DNA of 64,000 bases from the human T2T-CHM13v2.0 reference genome, Homo sapiens: the NCBI RefSeq assembly GCF_009914755.1, contig NC_060928.1. One strand, given 5' to 3'. The stretch's first letter is position 1; every line of letters starts with the position of its first letter. The notes under the pieces are model-generated. The model had not been told where the DNA came from. It worked only from the letters and a program-made list of their open reading frames with translations, and did not search any database. Both the position numbers and the translations under genes were made by a program. Positions 40,833-55,260 of the stretch are shown here, piece after piece.

Positions 40833-41031
40833 TGTGTGGGTGCACACGAGTGTGTAATTACATATATATTCCATGTAGATATCTACATATATCAGTGTAT
40901 CCATATCCCAGTTCCTAAAATCTACTGGTGCTCAGGAATTTAATGAACACTTCTTATGTATTCATTACATTCTAGATACTTTTCAAATGGCTTCAGACAA
41001 GTATGTAATTCTTATGACCTTATCAGGCAGA

Positions 41032-41427
41032 GTAGATTAGTTATCTATTGCTGCATAAAAAATTACACCAAAACTTGTATTTATTATTTCATAATTCTGT
41101 AAGTGAGAAATTAGGGAAAGCAGCTTATTTGAGTAATTCTGGCTCATGATCTCTCATGCTTCATTTCAGCTAAAATGTTATTTAAGGCAGCAAATCTCTG
41201 AAGGCTTGACTGAGACTCTAGTATCCACTTCTAAGATGAAAGAGTGGTTGAAAAATAAAGTAAGACAGAAGCTTCAATCTCTTTTATGCTCAGAAACACT
41301 ATGTCACTTACACAATATTCTGTTAGTTACTCAAGTCAGTCTATTCAGTGTAGGAGGGAACTAGATCACAACCTGAATACTAGCAGGCAGGGACCATTGG
41401 GGGCCATTTTGGGGGCTGGCTACCATA
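41032..41427 (-). mobile_element. MLT1F/G/H-like MaLR LTR inserted in a MIR (40935-41515)
   Basis: ttagttatctattgctgcataaaaaattacaccaaaact...cattgggggccattttgggggctggctaccat; MIR core ccattttatagatgagaaaattaaggcttaga resumes afterwards. Confidence 0.7.
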
Positions 41428-41924
41428 CGAGGCACCTCCATTTTATAGATGAGAAAATTAAGGCTTAGAATATTTCAGCAATTCGTCCAAGGTAGCATAG
41501 CTATTAAGTGGTGCCATTATTACATAATTATAATGTATTCAAAAACTCATTTTCCTTCATAAATGGATGTAAAATTATAGAATGTAAAACTTCTTTAATG
41601 TTTCTATCACTTGAATTCTGAAATAGGTCTTTGTTTTAAAACTATAACAAATATTAATTAGGCTAAAAGCAATATATCATTGCAAAAGACTTTTTCAAAG
41701 TGCTTATACATATATTATGGCATTTTGAACAACATCACTGGGTTCTAAAATAGAACCCATTTTTTGTTTTTAGGAATCTTTCAAAATTTGTTTTAGTTCA
41801 ACAAAATATCCTAAATTGTAATATTGCAACCTTGCTCCTTCTTACATTTTGCTTTAAGTTTCCATTTTAATCCTTTCATATTAATTTATTTTGATAAACA
41901 GTGTAGTTAGAAGTCAACCCAGTT

Positions 41925-43340
<1,416 letters not shown>

Positions 43341-43651
43341 TTATACTTTCATGGATAACTCTATGTGGTATCCTATTTTCCCGCCCTTACCAATGGTATT
43401 TCATTCACCACTGTCCTTGAGCTAAAATGTTCTCTTAACCATCAAGTCTATAATTCTTCTTCCAGAGTATCTGTAGGGTTTACCATTTCCTTTCTATTTT
43501 CATGGCCAGAATTTCAATAGATACTCTAGTAACCTTTGGCAATTTTCTGCTGGATGCTTGCATTAAATGCCCCAAACATTTATTTAGTAGAAATTGTGAA
43601 AATTTGGAATTATGGGATCTTGCATAGATGATTTTTGTTAACAATTAAATA

Positions 43652-43683
43652 ATCACTTATTGGCCTTTTGGCTAAGATCAGGT
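43652..43683 (+). pseudogene. RNU2: 3'-truncated (tailless) U2 snRNA retropseudogene, nt 1-32
   Basis: atcacttattggccttttggctaagatcaggt versus U2 ATCGCTTCTCGGCCTTTTGGCTAAGATCAAGT (28/32; two of the differences are CpG decay); flanking direct repeats ttaacaattaaat / tcaacaatgaaat. Confidence 0.88.
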
Positions 43684-46008
43684 TCAACAATGAAATTGCA
43701 ATGTGTTTTAGTTAGTAAAAATCATTAGGCTACATGGAGAGCAAGAGGTTAGTATAGATGTTCTCATCTATGAGACATAATTATAAAGCTGTTTATTGAA
43801 GCCATCTGAATGGATATTTTTTTCCCAATGGTTACTGAGCTTAATATTTTCCACAGAGTGTGACTTTTTTAATTGAAAGAGTCTATAAGTGGTTTCATCA
43901 ATTTAGGAAAGTGCCTTGCTTAAAACACAGTTAATGTAACTCAGTGCAGTAAAATAATTAATATTTTTTGAGGTACACTTCTTAAATCTAGTAATAAAAT
44001 TTAATGTTCAGGGCAAAGCAGAACAGAATAATTTTAAAAAATCCTTGCAAGATTATTTTTCTTTTAATGTTCAAAAGGACCTCCACATATTTTCTAGAAA
44101 TCTTGCAATTTGAAATTGCTATTATCTTTGGCTCTGATTTAACCAGTAAACTAGTTACCCTGAATTCTAAGATACTTGTGATAGACATGTGGCTTGTGAA
44201 GTATACCCTCTGTTTTGAGGGCTATAGTTTTTGCAGAAAGAACTAGTATTCCAGGATATTTTCTTGCCTTGGTTTAAGAAGATAACCTTAGTGTAATTAA
44301 GTCATAGTTTGGGGTGGAGAGGAGGTAGAAGGGAGACATTAAAACCAATGAAAACACAGCTGACCAAATTACTTTGGCTATTTGATGTAGCAGATACAAC
44401 AAATTAAAAAGTGAAGATTTACAACACTATACACTTTACAGTCCAAGAGGGTTTGACATTCAGATTAATGAAGCTGTAAAGATAAATTGCTACGTACGTG
44501 CTTCTCCACTTTTCAAATATGAACTACTTTAAAAACTGAAGTCTAATTATGGACTATAGTCTTTCTGTGAATATTAATAAAAGTTTGGCCAAACCTAAAT
44601 TATGCTTTCCATAACCTTTTTAAAGTCAAATGAAAACAAAACAAACCTCAACCAATTATAGTAACTGTGCTGTGTAGCAGGCTTGCAAATATATGATACA
44701 TTTTGACAGCTGTTTTTTACTGGAATCCTATCAAGGCAATCACTAAATATTTTGGGATTCTTAAAATGAGAGAATGCTAAATTTGTAACTGCTTCAGCCA
44801 CTGGAGGCCCCAGAGTTGGAAAGTGTCTCTTGGTTGTTACAGTGCTACCTACCAATGCTTGAAGGGTTGCTATATTGCTACCAATGCTTAAATCTGGATG
44901 ACAATTTATGTAACTCAGATTCTCCAGTAATTAATGCAAAATAATTACTTTAAATGTAATCATTCCCTGTTCAAAATACATATACCATTTGTGCAAACAA
45001 ATATATCCTTCTGATACACTTGATCAATAAGATAGAGAAAGATGATATTCAGAGATTTGTCCCAATAAAATGGGTTGAATGATTAGAAAATAATACTCTC
45101 AACAAACTTGTTAACAACAGAATGCTCTCAAGATACAGGAGGGAATAAGTGAAAGTGTGCAGTGCTGATCCTTGACCTTGGTACTCTCAAAAGTAGCTTA
45201 GATAATGCGATAATGTCTTATCTCCTGGGCTGGGCATGGAATATATATATATAATATTTTATATATATATAAAACATAATATATATATATAGTAAATATG
45301 CAATATCCACATATATCCCTGTGGTTAATCTCAATTTCCCTTTTGTTGTTGTTGTTAATGTTGTGTGTGTTTTACTTAGAATTAAGTTAATCTGAATCTT
45401 AGTAAAAATCACCTTTTCCTATCCTTCTACCCCTTTTCTTCCCTCTTTTCACTCTAATTCAGTCACCTTTCTTTAAATGTGTCACAGCCCAGAGAGCTTC
45501 AGAGTTTCTAAGAAGCAACTGAGTCAATTCCTTCTTGATTTCCTTATAGTACTTCCTTCTTGGACAGCAAAGTATCTTCCTCACACCACCAAAGAGCATC
45601 CTGAGGAAGCTCAAGGTAACCACGGTTAGTAACAGTTATGTGACCAACAGGAAACCCAAATTTTGCAGAAACATCAATTCCAAGCCCTTTTTATAGTAGG
45701 TCCTTTCAGTTACCAGAGCTCCTATGCCAGCACTACATAAAACAAGGCCTAAAATATTTAAGGCATATGGGTAGACTACAGCCCACCTAATTCTAATTTA
45801 TCTATTGCCACTCCCTGACTTTCACTTTCTAGGGATATCAAACATATGGAGTTTTTCCCTATCTATTTTTGGTCATGCTATCCATTCTGCCTGAAAAAAA
45901 ATTATAAATCCTCCCTGACACAGCTGAAGTGTCAGTTTCTCCAGAAATCCCTCTTTCATATCTGTGAGATAAGTTGTGCGTTCCCCTCTAATCCATGTCT
46001 TTCTAAGC

Positions 46009-46184
46009 TACCGGTTCTCAAACTTCAGTGTGCACCAAAATTACTAAAATACAGATTCCTGCGACTCACTCTCTGAGTTTCTGATTCAGTAGGTCTGCAA
46101 TGGGACTTGAGATTTTGCATTTCTAGCAAGTCCCTAGGGGATGTCAATGCTGCTAATCTGGGGATTACACTTTGAGAATCATTT
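46009..46184. mobile_element. MER5A (hAT-Charlie) inside an L2 fragment (~45790-46350)
   Basis: ggttctcaaactt...ttctgattcagtaggtctg...ttgcatttctagcaag...cactttgagaatca. Confidence 0.85.
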
Positions 46185-48440
46185 TTATTACATTTTAATT
46201 AAATGTAGAAAATAGGACTATATAGACTTTCCCCAACTCAAATGTGAACTCATTGAAGGCAAAGAATCTGGTCTTACCTGTCTTTATTTGTACTTTTAGT
46301 CCCTGAGCACAGTGTCTAACTCTGCGTAAGCCATCAATGCTGAAAAATAAAAGTTCATAAGCTTGGGAGTTAAGCAGAAGTAGACCTATAGCCTCATTTT
46401 ACCGATATCTAACTGAACTAACTGTTGGATAACTTGGGTAACTAATTTTACCTGTCATGCTTTCAGTTTTGTCATGTCCATTTGAGGATTAAAATGTAGT
46501 GTACCCATCACATCTTGTTATTTTGAGATTCAATTAAATATATTGACATATATATGTATATATGTGTATAGACATATATGTGTGTGTATATATAGTGTGT
46601 GTGATAATCCTCTCTATGGGGTGTGTGTGCATAGTGATAAGCTCATTAGCTAGAACATCCTAAGTATTTTGTAAATGGTATCTTACTAGAGCTATGAATA
46701 AATTTGTTTGAAAAGATCTTTTCTTCTGTTTGCTGACCATTCTAGGTGCACAGTTTATACTGGCCAGCTTCTCTGGGGGTGAGGGGAAGGGAAGTGAGAG
46801 GAAGAGAAAAGCCATTATCCATAAAGGGCAAGAAGACACATAATCGGCCTCTGAAACATAATTTTCTGTGGTAACTAGAAAGTCCTTGTTTATTAGAAGT
46901 GGTTTAGGGTTAGACAATATGTTTTTGGGTTTTCAAAGCTTTGGTTGTCATTGGAATGAGTAAGCCTTTAAATTAAGTGTGGTTGACTTAACATAAACAT
47001 CTAATACTTTCTTCATCTCCCATATCTGCTCTCTTTGGCACATTGCCAAGTCACTTGAGGGTTGCTGAAATACAGTTCTTGAATAATGTTAACATAAAAG
47101 GCTGAAGTTATTTTTCCATACACAGATTATACATACATGCATACTAAAATACTAAGAGATTTTGGTTATGAAAAGTCTTCAATTCTAGGAAATAGAGGTG
47201 AATAGCTGTTATCTGTATAAAAATATCCAAGCAGCTCTGTTCTGACCTGTGTTTCTTCAGCCTGCCTGGTGTGTAAGATGTTATTGAAGCTATCCTAACC
47301 ATTGCAGTCCTAAAATCTGGGCATGCCTTTGTAAACAACTTAATCTTATGTTGTAGTGACTTAAGCACCAAGAAGAAACTGACTTATTAGTATATTTGGG
47401 TCAAGGTTTAGGAGGAGAGCAGCATGAAATTTAGAAAGGACTGTTAATTTCAATTAGAACCCATTCTACCTACATTAGATAGCCTCATGAATTTGGGCAA
47501 AAGTTAATACTGATACAAAGTTACCTGATATCAAATTACTAGACGATTTTGTTAATATGTTGATAAATTATTCTGTTCTAAAGATTTATATAGATAAGTG
47601 TTCAATTACTTTCACATCTATGAGTGAATAAGCAAACTTTATTAGCATGAACTATGTTTAAGTATTTTGACACGTATTTATTCTTCGCATGGCTTATTTT
47701 TATTACTACTTTAGAGATGAGCAAACAGAAGTACAGAATAACAGATTTGCCCAGAAAATAAGTCTTAGGAAGCTGTTTTGAGGACCTACCCTTGACCGCA
47801 ATTCCAGTATTGACAAAATTTAATGCCTTCTCATCAAGCATAAACATTTATTAATCTGCTCAGATATTTTAAAGCTGTGCTCTTTCCTTAGGTTAGCAAT
47901 CTAATTATTTTGCTGTCATAGACCACTCACCTTAAACAAATGAAATATGTCTTTATATTCGACCACTAGTAGGCAGACAAATATAAGTGTTAATATATCT
48001 ACTAGTATTTTCTTACCTTAGTAGGAATCAGTAGGGGACTTGCTCAAGAATATCTAACAAATAAGTCAGAATCACCATATTTTCACCCCCAAAATCAAAA
48101 CAATTTTTGCCTTTCCATGATAATTTCTATTACAGTTCTTTTGTGTGTAAACTAAGATTTAGCACTATTATCATTATTGAAGCATCCCCAAAATTTGCTA
48201 TTTAAGGGTTTGAAAACCACCAGGTCTACTTTAAATGCATAATTTCTGTGAAATATGAATTGACCTGTGGCAAAATTATGTGCAGTTTCTCCATGTTTCC
48301 TAGCTCACAGCAGCACTTTGAAGTTTCATAGTCAAAAGATAACACATAGAAATTTCACAACCCTCAAAGGTCTGAAAGTCCCTGTCTTAGTGGTCAGAGC
48401 AATTTTCTTTTTTACAGATACTGGAACCCATCTTGAATCA

Positions 48441-48805
48441 TGCTATGGACCGAAAGTCTGTGACCTCCCCACCTAAATTCATACGTTGAAATCTTCACTC
48501 CCTAAGTGATAGTATTAGGAGGTGAGGGCCTTTGAAGGACAATTACATCATGACGGTGGAACCCCCATGAATGAGATTAGTGCCTTTATAAGAAGAGCCG
48601 AGAGAGCTAGCTAACTCTCTCTCTTTTCATCAGGTAAGGATACAGTAAGTCTGCAGTTTGTAACCCAGAAAAGGGCCATCACTGGGTTCCTACTATGCTG
48701 GCATCCTGATCTTGGAATTCCAGCCCCTAGAACACAAAAAATAAATGTGTTGTTTATAAGCCATCCAATCTATGGTGCTCTATTATAGCAGCCCAAACTA
48801 ATACA
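48441..48805 (+). mobile_element. Solo MLT1A-like MaLR LTR
   Basis: tgctatgg...aaattcatacgttgaaatc...tatagcagcccaaactaataca; TSD aatca / aacca. Confidence 0.85.
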
Positions 48806-49299
48806 AACCACAATCAGCAGGATATTCAGAAGTTACCGGGGAGAATTGTTTGCTAAATTTACCATGACTATTACATGTGAACAAAGAACATTCATTTAAT
48901 AATTAGAATACAATATTTTACCCCAAATCCTAAATAGCAAAAATGATTACCATATTAGAATTCTAATGGGGACATTTATCAATTTATTTTTGAATATACG
49001 TTAAACACTGGACTACATAACTGAGGCTTTGAAAATTTCCAATTATATAATGCCAATCATACATTTTCTTCCCCTAACATCCCCACCAAAAACAAAACAA
49101 AGCAAAATAACCTTATAAGTTTTCAATGACTAGCTCTTAACCATCTTCAAAGAAACATGAACACAGTATTAGGGTGAATGCTCTGATCGCAGATTTTATT
49201 ATTATTCTAGAGAAATAAAATGTTACTTAACAAGTCTCCTTTTGTTCCATGAAAATAAAAAAAAAATCCCTATTATGGATAGGAAGTTCAGGAAAAATA

Positions 49300-49545
49300 T
49301 ATAAATCTGTGGTCTTTAAGGTCATATAGAGTAGATACGAATTCTAGCTGTTTTATTTCTTAGCTGGGTAAACTTGGGCAAATATTTAACCTCCTTGACT
49401 CTCAATCAAGAGGTATTATTGGAGATAATGGTGCCTATTCTGAAGAGTTGTAGTGAAGATTAAATGAGATAATATGTACAACATATTTAATACCATTCTT
49501 ATACATAGGAGGCCCTTAATAAGGTATATTAGCAATTATAGCAAT
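49300..49545 (+). mobile_element. MIR
   Basis: aacttgggcaaatatttaacctc...gagttgtagtgaagattaaatgagataatatgta. Confidence 0.7.
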
Positions 49546-51086
49546 TGTTGAGATACAGCACATTTTAAGAAATTAATTATTTCAGTAAGATAGAAGTAAA
49601 CTTTCCATGCGTATTGAAGACTTAACACTGAAATCTGAGAATGAGCATCTTATTGATGCAGAGGGAGTAAAATTCATACTGCTTTAACATGCCTTTGCAA
49701 ACCCCTAAATATGTGCAAGCTGAGTTAGAAAAGAACACAGGTCTAGGAACAAAGAGCAATGAGTGAAGATTTCAGAGAGTTAACCTGTATTTTTACCTGA
49801 AGAAATGATCAACATAAAATGTAGAATCTCATTGAAAAGGGAAGTTGAGACCATATTCCCTCACAGAATGACATATTGACAGATATATATATATATACAT
49901 ATATATATCTGTATGTTTGAAATGAATGAAATCTTAGCTATTCACATGTGTTCTCAGAAGCATGGAGAATGACACTGAGGAGCAGGGAGCGGGGTTATCA
50001 AAAATATAAACAACTTCAGCAAATGGCTACTAAATAAAATACAACTGAAATGAATAATTCAATGTTATAATAAAATTTATCTGAACATTTATATAATGTT
50101 ATCACACCCTATATATGACTTTGTGTCTGTAGCTTGAAATTATCAGATAAATTTCTGTATATAATAGCCACTGTGTGTAAATATTAAAATAAAAAGTTAA
50201 AATAAAATGTAATTAAAAATTTAGCTCCTTGGTAGCACTGAGGTGTGCCTTTAATAATATTTGATAAAGACAATAATCTCTACTTCACATTATTGGTTAG
50301 TGAAGTATTTGCAGGGGTCAGGCAGACTTTTGAAGTAAATTATGTCTGGGTTGATTTGGTCTCATAAGTATTTTGAACTTTCTGAGTTGCGTTAGGATTT
50401 ATTATACTTTTGGATTAAACTCCTAAACTGTAAGTAATAGACTAGACATGAGTACAAAAACATCCCTCCCAGAGATAGTGAAAAACATTAAATTAACCTT
50501 TGGAGAAGGAAGAAATACATTAGAACTCAAAACACTGAGTGAAATCATAGTGTTGATATTTGAAGCTGTCATTACAGTAATGGTATATTTTAAGCTTGTT
50601 TCATTTAGATGTTATTTTTTATAGTGGTTGTGGGTTTGAGATCATATTAATAAGGCAAATAGTCAAAGTTGTTAAGTAAATCATACCTGGAATTTATTTT
50701 CTTTATATTCTTGCATCAACAAAGTCTGTGCTGAGAAATATTTGTTCAGATAGGTTTTCTGCGTTTATCCCTTTCACAGCCCAGCTTGTGTAGGCAAATT
50801 TAAATTTTGCAGAATCAACACATATTCACATAAAGCTCTTAAATCTAAATAAAAACTTGGTTATCTAAAGTTTTGTGTATATTTTTAGCTGTAAGACAAA
50901 GGAAGACTTTTAGCTTGGTCTTTCCATAATGTTTATGTAAATGTAGAAATCTAATAATATCCAGTTTGTTTATATTCTGACTATGTAATTGAGGGACATC
51001 TATTTCTTGTGCAACAATGGAAACAATGAATTTTGAGCTTCAAAAATTCATTTTCATATGCTAAATAAATGAAATTTTAAAGTACA

Positions 51087-51140
51087 TGTGTTAGGGTTCT
51101 CTAGTGGACAGAACTAATAGGATATTTATATCCTATTAGT

Positions 51141-51174
<34 letters not shown>

Positions 51175-51557
51175 GTAGTTTATTAAGTATTAACTCACTT
51201 TATCACAAGGTCCCACAATAGGCTGTCTGCAAGCTGAGGAGCAAGGAGAGCCAGTCTGAGTTGCAAAACTGAAGACCTTGGAGTCTGATGTTCAAGGGCA
51301 GGAAGCATCCAGGATGAGAGAAAGATGTAGGCTGGGAGGCTAGGCCAGTCTAGCCTTTTCACGTTTTTCTGCCTGCTTTATATCCTGGCTATGCTGGCAG
51401 CTGATTAGATGGTGCCCACCCAGATTAATGGTGTATCTGCCTTTCCCAGCCCACTGATTAAAATGTTAATCTCCTTTGGCAACACTCTCACAGACACACC
51501 CAGGATCAATAATTTGTATCCTTCAATCCAATCAAGTTGACAGTATTAACCATCACA
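51087..51557 (-). mobile_element. HERV-L 3' LTR (MLT2A1-like), 471 bp
   Basis: tgtgttagggttctctag...gtattaaccatcaca; AATAAA on the minus strand at 51179-51184; short (TG)n at 51143-51171. Confidence 0.92.
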
Positions 51558-51574
51558 GGTCAACCCCTTGTCAA
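51558..51574 (-). other. Polypurine-tract position of HERV-L
   Basis: The minus strand reads ttgacaaggggttgacc immediately before the TG of the 3' LTR. Confidence 0.6.
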
Positions 51575-52107
51575 TTTGCCCCATACACATTGCCTGAGAT
51601 CATACATAATCTTCAAATAAAGACAATAATAAGGTCATAATTTCATCTAACATAGTACAACTATCCTTCGTACAACCAGAAACACACCAAATCCCAACCC
51701 AAATGCTATTACATAAAGTTAACATCACTTAAATGCTGATATGAAGTCAATAAATCTTATGTCACAGGATATGGGAAAAGGGAAATAAAATGAAGATATT
51801 TTCTTAGTACAAGTGTATACATGCACAAACATGTTTTTAACAAAAGATAGAGGAAATACTCCTCATGACTCATTTCTGCAACTGGTCATGTGGTTGTAGC
51901 TGGTATTAATGACTACCTCGTCTACTATCCATTCTGTATTCCCTTTGCCCTCAGCAAGCACCTCAGAAAGTTGTGTTATTTTTCCTGGTGGAATGACCCA
52001 AACCTTCATTCCTGAAGAGTCTGGGCCATTTGTAGTCTTGTCTGGATTGGTCTGTTGTAGTTTCCCATTGACATTAATCACAGGGCATAGTAATACTAAG
52101 AGATGCC

Positions 52108-52420
52108 CTAATGGATCCATGCATACTCTTCCTTACCTCCATTCTGGAGAAGTAAACTGATTTCATCTTGATAGTCTGGGTCAATCACCCCAGCCAACAC
52201 TGTAACTTGCTTCTTACCCTGTTGACTTAAAGGTAGGAGAAACCCAAAATGTCCAGATGGCAATCTTAAGTTCCAGTTTACTGGAATCATTGTTGTGTCT
52301 CCTGGTGGCAGCATTCCTCCTTCTGGAACTAAGACCTCTAGGCCAGCAGAATGTAATGTTGTAGGAAAAGGAAGCAAAAATTTTGCTAGTGGATCATTAG
52401 GGGTGATGGCAAGTGTTGCC
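52108..52420 (-). pseudogene. dut: HERV-L dUTPase remnant
   Basis: ORF 52108-52548 contains LRLPSGHFG and VLAGVIDPDYQDEI (dUTPase motif 3), located after integrase as in ERV-L. Confidence 0.88.
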
Positions 52421-55260
52421 ACTTCCACTTCCACCCCTTGATTCCTGGACCTGTGAATCCTGGCTATGGGAGGAACAGTATCATGTATTGGACTCTGATT
52501 CACGGGTCTTCTGGAGAACTTTACCCCAGCCCTGCAAAGCACTGTCACGTAGTTGGCATTGTAATTGTGACTTCAAAAGACCATTCCACTGTTCTATCAA
52601 TCCAGCTGCTTCAGGATGATGGGGAACATAGTAAGACCAGTGAATTCCATGAGCATGAGCCCACTGCCACACTTCTTTAGCTGGAAAGTGAGTGCGTTGG
52701 TCAGAGGCAATGCTGTGTGAAATACCATGATGGTGGATAAGGCATTTCATAAGTCCACATATGGTAGTCTTGGCAGAAGCATTGTGTGCAAGATAGGCAA
52801 ACTTATATCCAAAGTAAGTGTATATTCCAGCGAGGACAATACCTTTTCCATAATGGAAGAGGTCAAGTGTAATCAACCTGCCACCAGGTAGTTGGCTGAT
52901 CACCCCAAGGAATGGTGCCATATTGAGGGCTCAGTGTTGGTATCTGCTGCTGGCAAATGGGGCACTCAACAGTGGCCATAGCCAGGTCAACCTTGGTGAG
53001 TGGAAGCCCATGTTGCTGAGCCCATACATATCATCCATCCCTGCCACCATGGCCACTTTGTTCATGGGCCCATTGGGAGATGACAGGGATGGCTGGGGAA
53101 AGAAGCTGAGTGGTGTCCACAGAACGGGGCATGCTATTCACTAGATTATTAAAATCCTCCCCTGCTGAGGTCACCCATTGGTGAGCACTCACATGGGATA
53201 CAAATATCTTCAGTTTTTGACCACTCAGAGAACTCCATCCACATACCTATTCTCCAAATTTCTTTGTCATCAATTTTCCAATCATGCTTCTTCCAAGTCC
53301 CTGACCATACAGCCAAACCATTGGCCACAGCCCATGAATCAGTATATAATTGCACAACTGGCCATTTCTCCTTTCATGCAAAGTACACAACCAGGTGCAC
53401 TGCCTGAAGTTCTGCCCACTGGGAATATTTCCTTTCACTGCTGTCCTTCAGGGATGTCCTAGAAAGGGGCTGTAGTGCTGCAGCTGTCCACTTTCAGGTG
53501 GTGCCTGCATATTGTGCAGAACCATCTGTGAACCAGGCCCTAGTATTCTCTTCCTCTGTCAACTGATCATAGGGAACTCCCCATGAGGCCACTGGTGCAG
53601 GCTGGGGGAGAGAAGGCAGAGTGGCAGGAGTGGAGACCGTGGGCATTTGAGCCACTTACTCGTGTAAGTTGCTTGTGCCTTTAGGACCTGCTTGAGCCCA
53701 GTCACATACATACCACTTCTATTTGATGATGGAATACTGCTGTGCATGACCCACTTTATGTCTAGTTGAGTCAGAAAGCACCTAGTTCATGATAGACAGT
53801 TCAGGTCGCATGGTGACTTGATGACCCATAGTCAAACATTCAGTTTCCACCAAAGCCCACTAACAGACCAAGATCTGTCTCTCAAATAAGAGTAGTTATT
53901 TGCAGAAGATGGCAGGGACTTGCTCCAAAATTCTAGAGGCTTCTCCTGTGATTCATGTATGGGGACCTGCCAGTGGCTCCAAATAGCATTCCTATCTGCC
54001 ACTGACACCTCAAGCACCATTGGATTTGCTGGGTAATATAGACCAAGTGACAGAGCAGCTTGCACAGTAGCCTGGACCTATTGCAGTGCCTTCTCCTGTT
54101 CTGGACTCAAAACTGGCAGCCTTTCAGGTCACTTGATAAATGAGCCAGAGTAACACACCCAAATGAGGAATGTGTTGCCTCCAAAATCCAAATAGGTCCA
54201 CTAGGCATTGTGCTTCTTTCTTGCTTGTAGGAGGGGCCAAATGCAGCAATTTATTCTTCACCTTAGAAGGAATATCTCAACAGGCCCCACACCACTGGAC
54301 CTCTAGAAATTTTACTGAGGTAGAGATCTCTGAAGTTTAGTTGGATTTATTTCCCATCCTCTGGCATGCAAACGTCTCACCAATAAGTCACATGTGTTTG
54401 TTACTTCTTGCTCACTGGATCCAATCAGCACAATTTCATCAATGTAATGGACCAGTGTGATATCTTGCAGAAGTGAAAAGTGATCACGCTCTCTCTGAAT
54501 AAGATTATGACAGGAAGCTGGAACGTTGATATACCACTGAGGTAGGATGGTAAATGTATATTGCTGGCCTTGCCAACTGAAGGCGAATTGCTTCTGGTGG
54601 GCCTTATGGACAGTAATGGAGAAAAGGCAATGAAACCATAACTGGCCCAGCAGCTGCAATTGGAGTCACCACTTGGTTAAGCTTATGGTAATCCACTGTC
54701 ATTCCCAAGATCCATCTGTCTTCTGTACAGGCCAAATGGGAGAGTGAATGGGGATGTGGTGGGAGTCAACACTCCTGCATCTTTCAAGTCCTTGATGGTG
54801 GCACCAATCTCTGTAATCCCTCCAGGGATGTGATATTGTTTTTGATTTACTATTTTTCTAGCTAAAATTAACTCTAATCACTTCCATTTGCCCTTTCCCA
54901 CCACAATAGCTCTCACCCTACCAGTTAGGGAACCAATGTGGGCATTCTGTCATCTGCTAAGTATGTCTATGCCAATTAGACATTCTGGCACTGGGGAAAT
55001 GACCACAGAATGAGTCCAGGGACCCACTGGACCTACTGTAAGTTGGACCTGAGCTAAAACTCCATTAATTACCTGACCTCCATAAGCCCCTATTTTAACT
55101 AGAGAACCACAATGACATTTTGGGTCCCCTGGGATCAATGTCATCTCAGAGTCAGTGTCCAGTAGTCCTCAAAATGTCTGATCATTTCCCTTTCACCAAT
55201 GCACAGTTACTCTGGCAAAAGTCTGAAGGTCCCCTTGGGGAAGGATGGGAGAAAGATTAA
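52421..55260 (-). pseudogene. pol: HERV-L pro-pol (protease, RT, RNase H, integrase), broken by frameshifts and stops
   Basis: Protease LLDTDSE (DTG>DTD, 55151-55159); RT QFAFSWQGQQYTF..LPQ and VHYIDEI; RNase H YTDSWAVANGL; integrase IASDQRTHF...GLIEQWNGLLK; boundaries approximate. Confidence 0.9.

Noticed and set aside
40514-40904. ORFs with 12-aa periodic repeats, and a CRISPR-like look from palindromic 36-bp repeats
   Set aside because: These are translations of a minisatellite. The repeats are contiguous with no unique spacers, there are no cas genes, and the context is primate
44832-44889. Decayed ~30-bp tandem duplication (ctaccaatgctt twice)
   Set aside because: An ordinary slippage duplication with no sign of function
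49879-49912. 14-bp inverted repeat acagatatatatat...atatatatatctgt
   Set aside because: Mostly self-complementary (TA)n; only ~4 bp of informative flank
52108-52548. 146-aa dUTPase ORF as a domesticated gene
   Set aside because: The N-terminus is frameshifted from integrase, the C-terminus continues in another frame (51863-52120), and decay is similar to the rest of the provirus
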